From Dimorphilus gyrociliatus (taxonomy: Eukaryota > Animalia > Annelida): DNA of 64,000 bases. The translations under genes and the position numbers were made by a program. The notes under the pieces were generated by a model, which did not search any database, was not told where the DNA came from, and saw nothing but the letters and a program-made list of their open reading frames with translations. The stretch covers positions 1 to 64,000 of the forward strand of contig CAJFCJ010000033.1 in the NCBI GenBank assembly GCA_904063045.1. The letters run 5' to 3'. This document shows, in pieces, positions 1 through 27,172 of this stretch (within the stretch, counting starts at the first letter, position 1; each line of letters starts with the position of its first letter).

Positions 1-944
1 AAAGCATGTTTGGTAGAATAGGCAATAGCTCGGTAAAGAATTCGATTGTAAGATTTGTCACATGATGCCACGAAAAGATGACGCTGGCTAGGGATTTACA
101 CCAACCTTGATACGCTGGTGAAGATGTATTATGGCTCTCTGGTAACTGACAGACAGGTAGACCTATTTAGAGGAAAAAAATATTAGTTCTACTAGTCACC
201 GATAATAGTCAATGGTTTTATTACCTTTAGGATTGTTAAGCACCTTTTTAGTGAATTCGTTGTAGCACTTGAGAATTTTTACAGATTGAAAATTAATCAT
301 GAAGGAAACCTGTTCCAGATTGTATCGCAATGCTCTCAGAAGATGGACGTTTTTTGGTAAACATAGCCATTTATAGACTCCATAAGTTAACGTTAAATAT
401 TTCGTGTTTCGGAACATATATTCAGTATAGGTATGAAAGCATGGTGGACGTACAATTCTACCATAGCGCGTGCCTCCCATTTTTACGTAGAGGCATTCCA
501 AAGTAAAACTTTCAAAGGTCTTATCGGTTATGTAGCCTCGTGCTCTAAATATTCTGTAGACATTAAAAGAAAATTAGTTATATTATCGTTTATATAAAAA
601 TTCGAATTTCAATCCACATCAACTAACCTAAGGCGTTGAAAAAGTTTAACTATTTCCGACGAAAACACGTGTGACGAACCGAAAATACCAATATGAACCT
701 TTCGCTTTAGGAAAGGAATTACATCATCTCCCTCGTAAAAATCAAGAAGGCGAATATGTCCCCACCAAATTTCTTCGATATCTTTACCACCAAAAAAATT
801 AGGAAACCTGAGGAGAGTCAATGGCGAAGCGAAACAAGCCAAGGTTCGGATAAGTTTTCGAGGAAGGCTATCAAGCGATTTGAACAGAGCCATGTTCTGA
901 CAAATGTATAAGCATACTATCACTTCCAGAGTGAAAGAATCCAT
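1..944 (-). CDS. Hypothetical protein, 3'-partial; N-terminus loosely resembles an Elongin-A-type BC-box (possible E3-ligase adaptor)
   Basis: Exons 944-628, 553-225 and 162-<1 are joined by GT-AG introns with consistent phases (2, then 1), giving one open frame MDSFTLEVIVCLYICQNMALFKSLDSLPRKL...DIEEIWWGH... The family resemblance is by eye only. Confidence 0.55.
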
Positions 945-2172
945 TATGCTGAAAGATAAGAACATATAGAAGATATAAATATATTGTAGAAAAGATAAAA
1001 AAAAAGGAAATACCCTTACCAATTCAAAAACTCCTATCAAAAATTCAAAGAGTAGAATGTCGATCAAGCAAAACTGAAAAGCTGTTGACGGAAGAAAAAC
1101 TATTTAATTTAGTAAAACAATAGATTTTTTTTAAGCTTCCGTTTAACTCTTTTTATACTAATACGATGATAGCTCAACTATCTATATCATATGATTAATT
1201 CCTTTAATCTGGAAGAGATTAAAAGAGGATTGAAAACAATTACATGAATTAGTAGACCTAATTATTATGAAGTAGTTGCGTTGAAAAAAGATCGAAAGGG
1301 AGAGTGTGAACCAGTTAAGAGGCTAGCGAGAGTTGCTAACAAAAAGAAAAACAAGGGGCGGGAATATTAGCTAATTTTTTAATTTTTTTCACTTTTATTT
1401 GTTATAATTTCCCAAACCATTTCATAAACATTCCAATTATATATAGTTCTTAATTAACTATAAAAAAAGAATTTATTTTATTTAAGACGTCAACAAAATA
1501 AAAAAAAAGACCAATACTTTCGTCTAAAAAGTTTCTGTTTAAAGACTTTTTTAGTTTGAAAAAACATTTGTTGAAAATTTACTTTATATGTATACGACTT
1601 ATGTATGTTTTAAGTAGCGTTTAATTGGTAAAAGAACGAAAGAATGTAAAGGACGATAAAGGGTACTTGGTTGAAAATTTATTAGGTGATATATCGTCTA
1701 TTGGTCTAATTACCAAACCAATTACTTAAGCTAGACGCTTAATAAACAACTAGTGATAGCTATCATATAAAAGAATATACATAATAACTTACATTTTCCA
1801 GTAGTTCAAGTGAAACTGAAGTGTTCGGGTTGAATATATTTGCCGAATTGAGGCGCTCAAATTGAATTATTTGAATAAAAAAAAAGTTCGCGAGAATCTC
1901 GTTTTGAGTTTTCTAATTGTTTTTCTATATTCTTTTTTTTTATACATTCTTTTATTCTTTTTTATTTTTTTGGCGCGAACTATTTTTTTTTCGAAAGTTT
2001 CAAAGAAAAGAAAGGCGAAAGAGAAAGGCGAAAGAAATAAAAAGAAAACAAAATATTTTATATATTCATTGTAATTTTTAGTTTTATTTCAAAAGTCATC
2101 ATATTCATTTGTGTAAGAAATACGTACAAAAAACAACAACTCCCAAGAACAAACGAATCAAATGAAAGCTCT

Positions 2173-2562
2173 TTATTTTCTAGACGATTTCAGACGCATT
2201 AGTTTCTGTCTAATTGACGGTGGATTGTTCTTCTTCGAAGTATCTACACCATGCGAAAAGCCAAGATTCGAAGGTCCAGTAAATGTTTCGTTCGACGAGT
2301 CAGCTGGAGCTGGTTGTTCATTAGTAGCTTGTAGATTGTTGTAAAAGAGACCGAAAAGGGCATTCTTTGTTGGTTGTTCAAAAGCACTAGTTGTTGATAA
2401 ATTTGTTTGCTTCTCTACTGGCTGGCATCCACCGCGACTACGCTTTGCAGTAGGAGAAGCGCCGCTGCTGCTTTCGCAGGACAAGCGACGCTTCTTGTCA
2501 CTTTCATTGTTTCTTACAAAGATCATGTTTTTTTCAGGTCTCTTTGATTGTTTCAGTCCCAT
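2173..2562 (-). CDS. Small single-exon hypothetical protein (129 aa) with possible N-myristoylation signal and basic NLS-like patches
   Basis: ATG-started, relatively GC-rich ORF in AT-rich DNA. It starts MGLKQS (MGxxxS) and contains KKRR and KRSR. No homologue recognised. Confidence 0.45.
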   Translation of the reverse strand: MGLKQSKRPEKNMIFVRNNESDKKRRLSCESSSGASPTAKRSRGGCQPVEKQTNLSTTSAFEQPTKNALFGLFYNNLQATNEQPAPADSSNETFTGPSNLGFSHGVDTSKKNNPPSIRQKLMRLKSSRK

Positions 2563-4326
2563 AGAGGGGAAAAACTTTTAAATACTGCAACCTACAGCTT
2601 TTTATACAGCAGTTGAAGACTAATCAACAAGAGTTTTAACTCAATTTAACATGTTTTTTGGGCAAAAATTGGTTCATTTCGTCCGAACTTGAACAAATAA
2701 CAAACTTTTTAATTACTCAAGAAACCCGATAATGAGCGCCATCTACCTCACTTAAAATTCACGAAAACTTGGCTTTTTCCCATTAAAAACGCTTCCTAAG
2801 AGTAATTTTTTCTATACATTCACCTACGAATACCAAATAGCATTTACTAATTAATTCAAATATGATAAGAACAGCCTCCTTCGCTTGTTTTCTTACTTAG
2901 ACGATCGGCTATAAAAACCATACTAGACTTAAGAAACTTGTCAGTAATTTATTAGGACAATACCGATGACTAACTTGTTTACTTGACTTAGAGAGAGACG
3001 TGTAAAAAAGAAATCAAACATTTGCTCACAAAAAAACGACGAAAAAAATCTGTCCTGAAAAAATACACGAGTAATAAATGTTTTTATTAAAGTAACAGAA
3101 AAAAAAACCCTCAACTCCGTCGTCACTATTTTAACGTGTTTTTAAAAATAACGCCTCTTTTCTAGGTGAAACCTATTTAAAAATTATGAATCTTTACAAA
3201 TAATAACGATTTATATACTAATATTATATAAAGATAAATGAAAAACTGTTTTTATTGAAGGATAATATAGTTTTTAACTTTCTTTTGAACTTTGACAATA
3301 TTACATTAAATCATTCGGATGGAATTGATTAAATTGATTAATATTGTTAATAATGATATTAGTACTTTTTTAGGAAAGTTTATTAATCATTTCGTAAGGG
3401 ATTTAATACTTATCCGTTGTTCTCAATCCGAAGAAAAAGGTCCACATCTTGTCTAACTGGCCGACGTCAATGATTGATTAATGAAACTGCGTTTTGAATG
3501 TATTTGAGCCAGACATATAGACATTTAAACATAACCATTAAGGGAAAAGATCGCTATGACTTTCAATCAAAAATTTTAGGTCATGCCGTATTGTAGGTCG
3601 TATATACTTAAAATACGCTGGTAGACACGTATCTATCTTGTCTAATGAATAGATTTCATTTACAAATGTACAATACGACTTTAAAGGAAAAATGGCATAA
3701 ACAACTTTTTCCCAAAATGTAATAGTAGCAGACTGTTCTGATAATAGCATTATTAGTATGGAAACCAATTAGTTATTTAATTGATATTTCATCCCCCAAA
3801 ACTAAAAAGTTTTCGACATCTTTACGACAAAGGATCAAGATTTTGTTACATTTTAAACCCTTTTGTATCGCGTTTGGGACATATGTTGCCCTAATTAATC
3901 GAAATGGGAATACATAAACAAAGAAATATAGTTAACAATAAAAAATTAGTCAACTTTTAAAGTTTTAAGTCGATATTATCACCTATAAAAAGTTACAAAC
4001 TACTAATGACGCCTATTTAAACTTTACTTCCTATTTAATGTTTATTGACAGTGGACAAAGAATTTCTGTTACATTTTATATTATTTACTCGTCATTGTCT
4101 TTAAATTATTCCATAAATTTTGTATATAATATGTACATTTAGCGTCTAATAGTCTACCTATAAGAAAATTCTTTATTCTATAGAAAACACTACAATACAG
4201 TATTTATGAATAAGAAAGCATTTGATAATTCGTAATAGAAACTTTAGTATTTCTCAATTACTTTTGTAATAAATTTAAAAATAATAAAATTCTATAAAAC
4301 GAAAAAATTGTCTTTGTTTTTCATAG

Positions 4327-4440
4327 AAAGGCGGGGTAGAGAGACTTTCTCTCTCTCTCTCTCTCTCTCTTTCTTTTTCTCTTTCTCTCTCAAGAGGGCA
4401 CTACTGTTGGTTGGATAAAAGTACGAGGGAGGGCGGGGAG
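4327..4440 (+). promoter_or_regulatory. Putative promoter of zinc-finger gene A: GC-box-like GGCGGGG motifs flanking a (CT)n tract
   Basis: aggcggggt near 4329 and gggcgggga near 4431, with a (CT)n run at about 4347-4390, roughly 300 nt upstream of the ATG at 4709. Confidence 0.3.
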
Positions 4441-4708
4441 AAGTTTTCACTATTGTTTCACTCTACCTCGTGCTGCAAAACGTCTCCCAACGAATCTGCA
4501 TCTGGTACTCCTCAAAGTAAATTTGTAAGTAGACGCCTCAATAAATAATTTATACTTTAGTTAACCAACTATTTATTAATAAATGAAAATGTAAAGAGAT
4601 ACTTTTTATCCCTTTTTAAAGTTACTTTTATAAAAATTAAACAAAACAGAAATACTTTGGAAATAATTTCAAGATTGAAAAGAAGAAAAGTTTGAAAAAA
4701 TCGAAATT

Positions 4709-6536
4709 ATGTCGTAAGTTAAGAGTTTAAATGCTCATCATTTTCACAGGTTTCCTTAGTGTTCGTTAATTATTCTTCTTTCTTTGTCAGACCTACTTTT
4801 AGACCAGAGGATAAATTCCGCCTTAAAAAGGCGATAACGGACACAATCGAAAACTTTTGCAAAGCGAATTTACCGAATGTCAAATACAAAGTTTTCGGAA
4901 CGATTGGAATTGAATCGGAAGATGACGATTCTGCGATTATGCACTTTTCAAAAGAGCTTGCCGCGCAAAGGCAACTTCCTCTTTTGACGAGAATAATCAA
5001 TCGTGCGAAAAGAAATCTATCGGAATCGTCATCGTCGTCGGATCCTGGACGCCGTAGTAGAACATCTTGTATAGCAGAATGCGATTCCAATCGTTCGGTA
5101 AATGGGTCAGATGCTTTGTCATCGGAGAATGGAGACGAAGACTACGACCAAGTGCGGGAAGTACGTCGTGGCTCAGACTCGCATGATAACTCGGAGGCGG
5201 AGCTTGGAGCTGAACAAGCCGTAATCTTTTATTACAGCGTCTTAATTTTTAATAAGCTGTCGTGCCTTTTCGGTTTGAAAATGGCTTTGAACATTCTACA
5301 CCTTTACTGAATTTTGTAGAGATGGAAAATCGTTCATAGACATTTCATAGAATTGGTGATTTTATTTTATCTTATCTTAAAACTGAAAGTATTCATTGTG
5401 AAACTCTTAGTTTTAAGTCGATTTTTCAATTTAAATAGAAAGACGGGAGAGAAATGCTTTCTTTCTCTCCCTCTCTCTCTCTATCTATCTCTCTCTCTCT
5501 TTCTGTCCCCCTCTCTTTGTTAAGAGGTGGCAAAATCCGTTTTAAGATACCTTAAGCTATATGACAGAATTAAATTCACTGAAATAAAGAATATAGATTC
5601 GTTGTAACAAATATTTCCAGAGAGAAATTCTATTATTTTCCAAAATAACGATAATCTTTTTTCAGGAATCACCAGTATCGATATTTAACTGTAATCACTG
5701 CAATTTTGCGTCGTCAACTGCGTATGAACATTATAGGCATCTGCGTCTCCATTCAGGTAAGAATAGTAAATACATTCATAACATTATATACAACTGTTTG
5801 CCAACGCCTTGTGACTGTATAAGTGTGTTTTTATATTCCTTTTGTTTCCATAAAAGCATTTACAGATACTAGAAGAGGCTACGCTTGCCTCCAGTGCAAC
5901 GCGACCTTTTTGGATGAGCTCTCTCTACGCTTGCATATCAGATTGCACGAAGGTAAACGATTATCGCTCGATTAGTACGCTATAAGTTTATTTCAATATT
6001 AGCAAGATTAAGGTTAGTTAGAGGAAGTTTTGGTAAGAGTAAATTTGAAAGTTAACATAAGCTACTTGAAACAATAATACATATTTCCCTATTCTAAGCC
6101 AGTCCATTCTTTATAATTAACTGTTTTTACTTTTTCAATCAACTACTAATCTTGAGATGTATTCATAGAGAGACCTCAAATTCCAAGCAACTATGGAAGC
6201 TATGCAGCTTATAGAGATGCTTCTACTGGTAGTGAACTGAGTAAGACTATTAACTTTATTCAATCTTTATTGATAGTTCTTAATCAACTTTATCTTTTTC
6301 AAGGGCCAGACATACCTCCTTCGGCTGATAGAAGCTTCATACCTCTCGTTAGACGCATCAGAAGACCGTTCAGGTATGCAAAAAAACAAAAAACAATCAT
6401 AATCTATAATCTCTTATATTTTCTTAGATTCATCAATTTGGTTTCGGAACCGGAAGTTCAGATTACTGCATATTATGCAGCACCATCGCAATCTTCAACT
6501 CAAACTCCTAGGAACGAGCAACGTGACGACGAGTAG
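4709..6536 (+). CDS. Zinc-finger gene A: shared N-terminal domain plus 2 C2H2 fingers
   Basis: Exons 4709-4713 (ATGTC|gtaagt), 4791-5220, 5666-5756, 5866-5952, 6169-6240, 6304-6373, 6428-6536 (TAG); all GT-AG with consistent phases. Fingers CNHC...HLRLH and CLQC...HIRLH. Confidence 0.85.
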
Positions 6537-6988
6537 TTGATATTTTGGCAGAAAGTAACGGCCTATAACTTATTGCTAAACGTATTTAAAGGAAAAAGTA
6601 AAATTAAGCGTTATTTAATTATTTTCTGCTTTTTTCAGTAGTTTTAGATATCTTGTTAATCTTAGTCGTCATTCCTTGCACCATTAAATATCTACCAAAT
6701 GACTATTGTAATGGAATTTACTTTAATACACTAACTATAAGCAATATCTCTACTCTTCAAAATGTATAGTCATACCTATAATAAACATTATAATACTGTA
6801 TTTGCATATATGCGTGTACGTATATTATAGAAGAATATATAGAATAATATTGTATTAAAAAAACGCTAGCAGCCAGCTATAAGAGTATAAAAGACGGACT
6901 GTGATTATTAAGGCAGGCATTGCTCAATTAGAAAGATTTTAATAAGAAGTATTTGAATTTGTTATAGCAGATAAATGAAATCTTTTAA

Positions 6989-9900
6989 ATGGCGTAAGTT
7001 AATTGTTTTCCCATCCACTCTGCTAAAAATATTATATTCTTACTATAAAATAAATACAAGAGAGGTGGGATGATCTTGTAACAATAATATTCATAGCCGT
7101 ATCTTAATAAATAAGTCTAATAATTAGGTATATTCGTTACTCTTTCATGGATTATGTGCTTAAATTTCGTTATATATTCATAGGTATTTTGTAAGAATTT
7201 TGTAATTATTATCGTTACATCCACTTGAGGAGAGTTTGATATTTTTTCAAAGAAACAAAATAGTAAGATTATCTGAACAATTTGATTTATTCTAGGTTAT
7301 TTTTTCGCCTACAGTTCAAAAGATCTTTCCATTGAAGAGATCAATAGACAGTTGAAACGTCGGTTATCATCCAGTATAAAGGAGTTTATTGAAGAGAAAC
7401 TGACACAATCGAAATACACTGTAATTGCAAAAATTAGAATAGAAGGGCAGCAATGTCTAAATGTCGAATTTGATAAGAGTTCAATAGAAAGTAGCAAAAA
7501 CTGCGAACAAACTCCTCAATCAAATTCCGTCGAAAGTAAACAGAAAGCGAATGAACATAACCAACCTGCCAGGGTTAAAACCGCCCTTAAACCATCCGAT
7601 AAAGAAATTGACAAACGGAATAAAGGCGGTATATCAACTGCAAAATCGAATAAGATTACGCGAAGAAAAAGCAATATTGAGAATATATTAATAGAAAATA
7701 TTAGTAGAGAAGCCTACAAAGTTCCTACGGAAGAGCCCAAATCTACAGGTATATTGTTGTATTATACGTACTATATTAACATTAGAACAACAATAGGAGA
7801 AACTTTACATTACATTAAACATCGTAAAGTACAACCTTCTTAATATAATCTTTTTATTGTAAATAAGTCAAGTTTAACATAAGAGTTAAGGAAACCTTTT
7901 ATTATTCTTATTAGTTTACTAAAAGACAGAAGTCTTATATATATATATATATATATATATACTGTATAGTAATAACAAATGTTATCACATTTCCGTAAAT
8001 AAATAATAATAATGTATTTCTAATTAATTAGATTTTAATTATAATTTCTTTTGTCAATAGTTTTACGTAGTCGATCTAATAAGAACAAGTCGGTGGATGC
8101 TGAAAGATGCCAGGTAAATGGTCCAACAGTTTTTACTAACATACGTAAAGTTGGAGCAGAGCAGAAGAGGAAAAGGCAAAAAACAAAAAGACAATTTAAC
8201 TAATGTCGTATAAGAGAATAAAAAAGACATCTCTCCCAACTTTTCTTTTTCCGTTGATAATGTTTTACTCGTATTATACTTTTTAATAAACGGAGAGGAT
8301 AAAAAATTTCTGTTGGTTCTTGTTATTACAGATGACAAGTACTAGGAAAAGATCTAATCAACCAGTTATCGAATTAAGAAAGTCTACCCTATTAAAGAGA
8401 ATACAATGCGAAAATCGTATAGTTAAGGGAGTAGATGGTATTGTATTCATTCAATTTATTTATTCAATTTATTAATATCTTTCTTGTAGCTAAATTTACA
8501 AAATCCAAACGTCAGAAAGGTGATGGAAAATCAAAGAGAAACGATAATGCTGCTATTACACCAGAAAATCTTAAATTTAAATTAGAGCAACCTTTAACAA
8601 GTACGCCAACATCGAATGAACAAAATGTTGTTGTTACAAAGAGTAGCAATTTCTCATTCGCCGATCAAGTTCCTGAAGGTGAAAATATTAATAGGTCATT
8701 GGAAACAGTTGAAAAAGATTCCAAAATTATAAATAATGTTGATGCTGAAAAGAATACCGATACAGAAACTAAACACCTCAATGTCGATAACGATAATCTT
8801 GGGAAATTGTGTAAGCGGAAGAGGAAAGTAATTCGTTTCTATAGCTATTCAAGAGAAAGTAAAACTACCGGAAAACTTAAGGACCAGCTAACAACTTGCG
8901 AAGATGATAAAATAAATAACGAAAATAGTAAAGAAACACCAAAAAAAGACAATAGGAAGTTAAACTCGTCGAATTTAAAAAACAATGAGGTTATACATCA
9001 ATTAGAGAATGATAAATCTGGTCAAACAATCGATACTATTCAATCCATAAACGTACAAGAAAAACCATTACAAGATTGTTATGATGATAGAAAGTTAGAG
9101 AAAGTAGATGAACATTCAAGTAATTCATCGAAAAAATCAACAACTGACTTGAATATCGAAGAAAACAAGGACAATAAAAGCGAAATTCTATTACCAATTA
9201 AAGCTAACGATAATTCCAAGAATAAAAATGTTGGGAAAATCATTCATACAAACAAATCGAATAATAGAAAGAAATCGGCAATTGATAAGCCTATTCAACA
9301 AGACGTTGCATCTATAAAAGTAAAAGATAATGCAATTACAGTAAATAATAATTCCAAGGCTGCTAATAAAAACGCTGTTGATAACCACAAAAGCGAAAAT
9401 ATTGCTTATGACAAAGATCAACAAGTTGTAGGAAGAGAAGATAGTAAAGTTATGGAGAAAACTGTTACTAAAACTAACAAAGATCGTCAACTGAATAGAG
9501 ATGCTGCAGCTGTAGAAGAAGATGCTATGGTCGTAGTTAAAAATAATTCAAAGACTATTAGTAAAACAAAATGTAATGATAATAAAGAATCGCAAATTTT
9601 TGATAAAGATAAAAAGAACAAAGCTGATAGAGATTTTCAAGATATTGAAGCTGCAGACAAAGAGGAGAATATTGTCATAGTGAGAAGGAAAAAAGCGAGT
9701 GGCAAAGATGCTAGCAAAAATATAAATGAAAATGATAAAAAATCGAAAGTTATTGATGATAATGAAAAGAAGAAAACAACTGATAAGGATAATGAGAATG
9801 AAAAAGTTAAAACTAAAAATACTATAAACGGTAGCGCATCCATACTGAGAGAGATTCTTAAAACTGTCCACAAAAACACTAATGGCAATAGTAAGCACTC

Positions 9901-10622
9901 AGAAAGAAAGATGGAAAAGAGAGTTGATAATGATAAAGATACTATTGCCGTTGAAGTAAAGGATAATAATACCAAAGATACTAATAAGAAAACAAAAGAT
10001 AACAGCGATCATAAAGAGAAAAGGAAAGTTGTCAGAGACAGTGAAAAAGTTTCAGATATTGCAGTTGTAGAAGATATAGATAAGACAATAGTAGCGAACG
10101 ATGATTCCAACGACAGTAAGCAGAAGAGAGTAGATAAAGAAAACCAACAAGTTAAACTTACAGTCGCTAATGGTTCATCTGTAAAAGCGGCCGAATTAGA
10201 AGATTCAGTAGTTATTATCAATGACCCACCCGATGTATATAATTATTTTCTTATTTTCCATATATATTATGCTTATTACATTAATTTCTTATGTATTAAT
10301 ACAGGAGGATTTGGGTGAAAGTTTAATAGGTAAGTTTAACATTTTACCAGAGATTGAAACTACCAAAGTTCCAAAGTTACCCGAAGGTGGATTTCAACCT
10401 AAGAGACGTTTGTACACTTGCTGTTGTGGTGGTAAATTCTATGGCGAAGAACTATATACATATCATATGGCTAATTGTGTATATCGAATTGTAGAGAATT
10501 TAAAAACTCGTAGTTTAATGTGCAAGGTATGCCATAAAGTATTTACTAATTCATTTACACTTGTTCATCATACGAGAAATGTACATTCTAAAACAAAGAA
10601 AATGTCAACTATGTGCTGCTAG
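6989..10622 (+). CDS. Zinc-finger gene C: divergent shared N-terminal domain, long K/D/N-rich disordered region and 2 C-terminal fingers (C2HC-like, C2H2)
   Basis: Exons 6989-6993 (ATGGC|gtaagt), 7315-7748, 8061-8113, 8332-8416, 8490-10224, 10305-10622; phases are consistent, the small middle exons are less certain. C-terminal CKVCHKVFTNSFTLVHHTRNVH. Confidence 0.75.
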
Positions 10623-11769
10623 CTGTTTTTAAGGCGGAGGATCGCCATCATTTATCAAAACAACTCTTTTTTTTAACAATTACTTTTTAGTATGACATGT
10701 GCAGGTTTATTATCTTAATACAAACTTTAATCATAATTGGATATTGTAAATTCGATTTCGATAAGCCTTGCCAATCCTTCATTAAAGAGTTGGAAGAACG
10801 CAAAATCCCTGCTAAAATTTCAATGAATATTAATATTAAAAGCTCTCTAATAAAACTAACACACACACACAAGCAGCCATCTACTGGATATTGCATATTA
10901 GAACGGTGCTTTTCTTAATGATATGTATACAGCATGTATTGTATACATATATAATATAAACCTCAAGGGTAAGAATACACAGCGTCACTAAGATAAAGGC
11001 CTATTGCTTTGTTTAAAAAAAAATTCCAAAAATAATATAAAATAAGAAAATACCAAAAAAATTGTGAATGTTGTTAGATTGTTCATAGATTTAATAAATG
11101 TGTCTTTTGAATAAAGATTTTCAATAATATACAATTGCGTATAATGTAGTGTAACATTCCGAGCGATAATTGGCGAGCTATTATTAGAAACATAAACATT
11201 TAGATTAATATAAACAAAAGTTACAAACTGGTCGATGACAAATGCAAAATATATATTTTTATATATAGAATAATATCTACAATTATTTGTTAAATATAGA
11301 AAATATTATATTTAAGTGCATTATGCAAGAAAACCAAATAGAACATTCGAACGTTGACGACATATTTTTGGAAGGGAAAGGAAGTGAAAAAAGAAAGAAA
11401 AAAGGAAGATATAGACAAACAGAGAGAGCGAGAGAGAGAGAGGCAGATGGAGAGAGAGGAGAGAGACAGAGAGTGTATTTTTTTTAGTGATTATTTGCAA
11501 AACAAAAAGAAATATCACTTTTTGTGTTGTTTTTTTGTGTTAACCCCAGGGTTCACACTCTCGATAAAGTGATTTTTTGGTCCAGTCCTTGTTTTTTTTG
11601 TTATAAACTATTAAGGAAAATTAACAGCTTGACCAATGTTTGAAAACTACTCAAACGTTAACTAATTAAGTAAGTATTATATGGAATTGAACTCATTTGA
11701 TTAGCTCACTTGGTAGTTTGAATTCTGTATTCGAAGTAAAAACTTGTCAATTTTTACAAAAACTGAAAA

Positions 11770-26152
<14,383 letters not shown>

Positions 26153-27172
26153 GAAATTCGTTATAAGGATTTAATTTAAATGCACATATTTTAGTATTAT
26201 ACTGTGTTTATACTATAAAATATATATAGGTAATAGTCTATAAAAAAAGGCATATTCTTTTTGACATATAAAAATGATATTCTCTTTTTTTTCTTTATAT
26301 AGAAATTTTGTGATGAAGTTTTAGTTAGGCGAGTTTACGGGAAACAAGCCTTTTCCCTTTTTCTGTTATACATATAGATATCTCTCTCTTTGAGATAATA
26401 ATTTAAATGAAAAAAGGGAAAGGATGGGTGAGAGCCATCATCTCCTCTTGTTTTGATGTAGTCAAAAATTTTGTTGATGATAACATGTCTTTGTCTTTGT
26501 TTCCGTTTATGTTGACGTCGTCTACATAGAATAAATGATTGCGAATGAAATATAAACAAAAAAATTTAATGAGAAATTTTTTATTCTATTGCGTTATGAG
26601 CAATTCGAGAGTGCAAAAGGGAAGTCTACAGGCTGTGCCAGATTCTGAAAGGCATCGCAAAAGTTATTGGATATCCGTAAGATAAGCTTGAGGGTAAAAT
26701 TTTGTTTCCGATTCTGTAAGAAAAGTTCCCGCTTTTCTAGACAACGGAGGCTAGACGCCGGTCAACGAAATAATGAATCTATTGCCACAAGTGTGATTCG
26801 TTTTTTTTAGCGCTTCGATTATCAAAAAATTTTCAAAAATACAAATAATACTCTAGATATTTTTTTATAACAGGAATACTAAATATACAAAGTAATACAC
26901 CTTTCGTTCATATTTCGATTAGATTAATAAAGTATTAAATATAAACAACAAATAAACTTATTAATTGAATCAATTAGATAAATTCGTAGGTAAAAAGAAA
27001 AAAAATTTCTAAACAAAAACAAATAAACAAGCCATTTTGCAGATTATTTTCAGGTATGTAAGATTTTTTTTTCTTTTTTTCTTGTCAATTTTACAAGTGT
27101 GCAACCGTATGAAATTCATTTCGATTAATCAAAGTTTATGAGTTTTGTAACTAATCAAGAAAATAATTCGCA

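Noticed and set aside
3270-3768. ORF 3538-3768 (-) and its stop-interrupted continuation as a decayed paralogue of the first gene
   Set aside because: Only a faint QLDKMW versus DIEEIW resemblance; not distinguishable from chance by eye.
9191-10221. Hydrophobic minus-strand ORFs (9191-9490, 9548-9898, 9637-9975, 10009-10221)
   Set aside because: Antisense shadows of the A-rich K/D/N exon of gene C.
10330-10350. gtaagt...ccag segment resembling a 21-nt intron in gene C's last exon
   Set aside because: It is much shorter than any other intron here and in frame without stops, so read-through is simpler.
10697-10918. 73-aa ORF with a signal-peptide-like start right after gene C
   Set aside because: It lies where gene C's 3' UTR is expected, with no recognisable motif or splice support.
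26631-26680. Possible final exon after the 26148 donor (RLCQILKGIAKVIGYP*)
   Set aside because: Phase fits but there is no pyrimidine tract or homology support.
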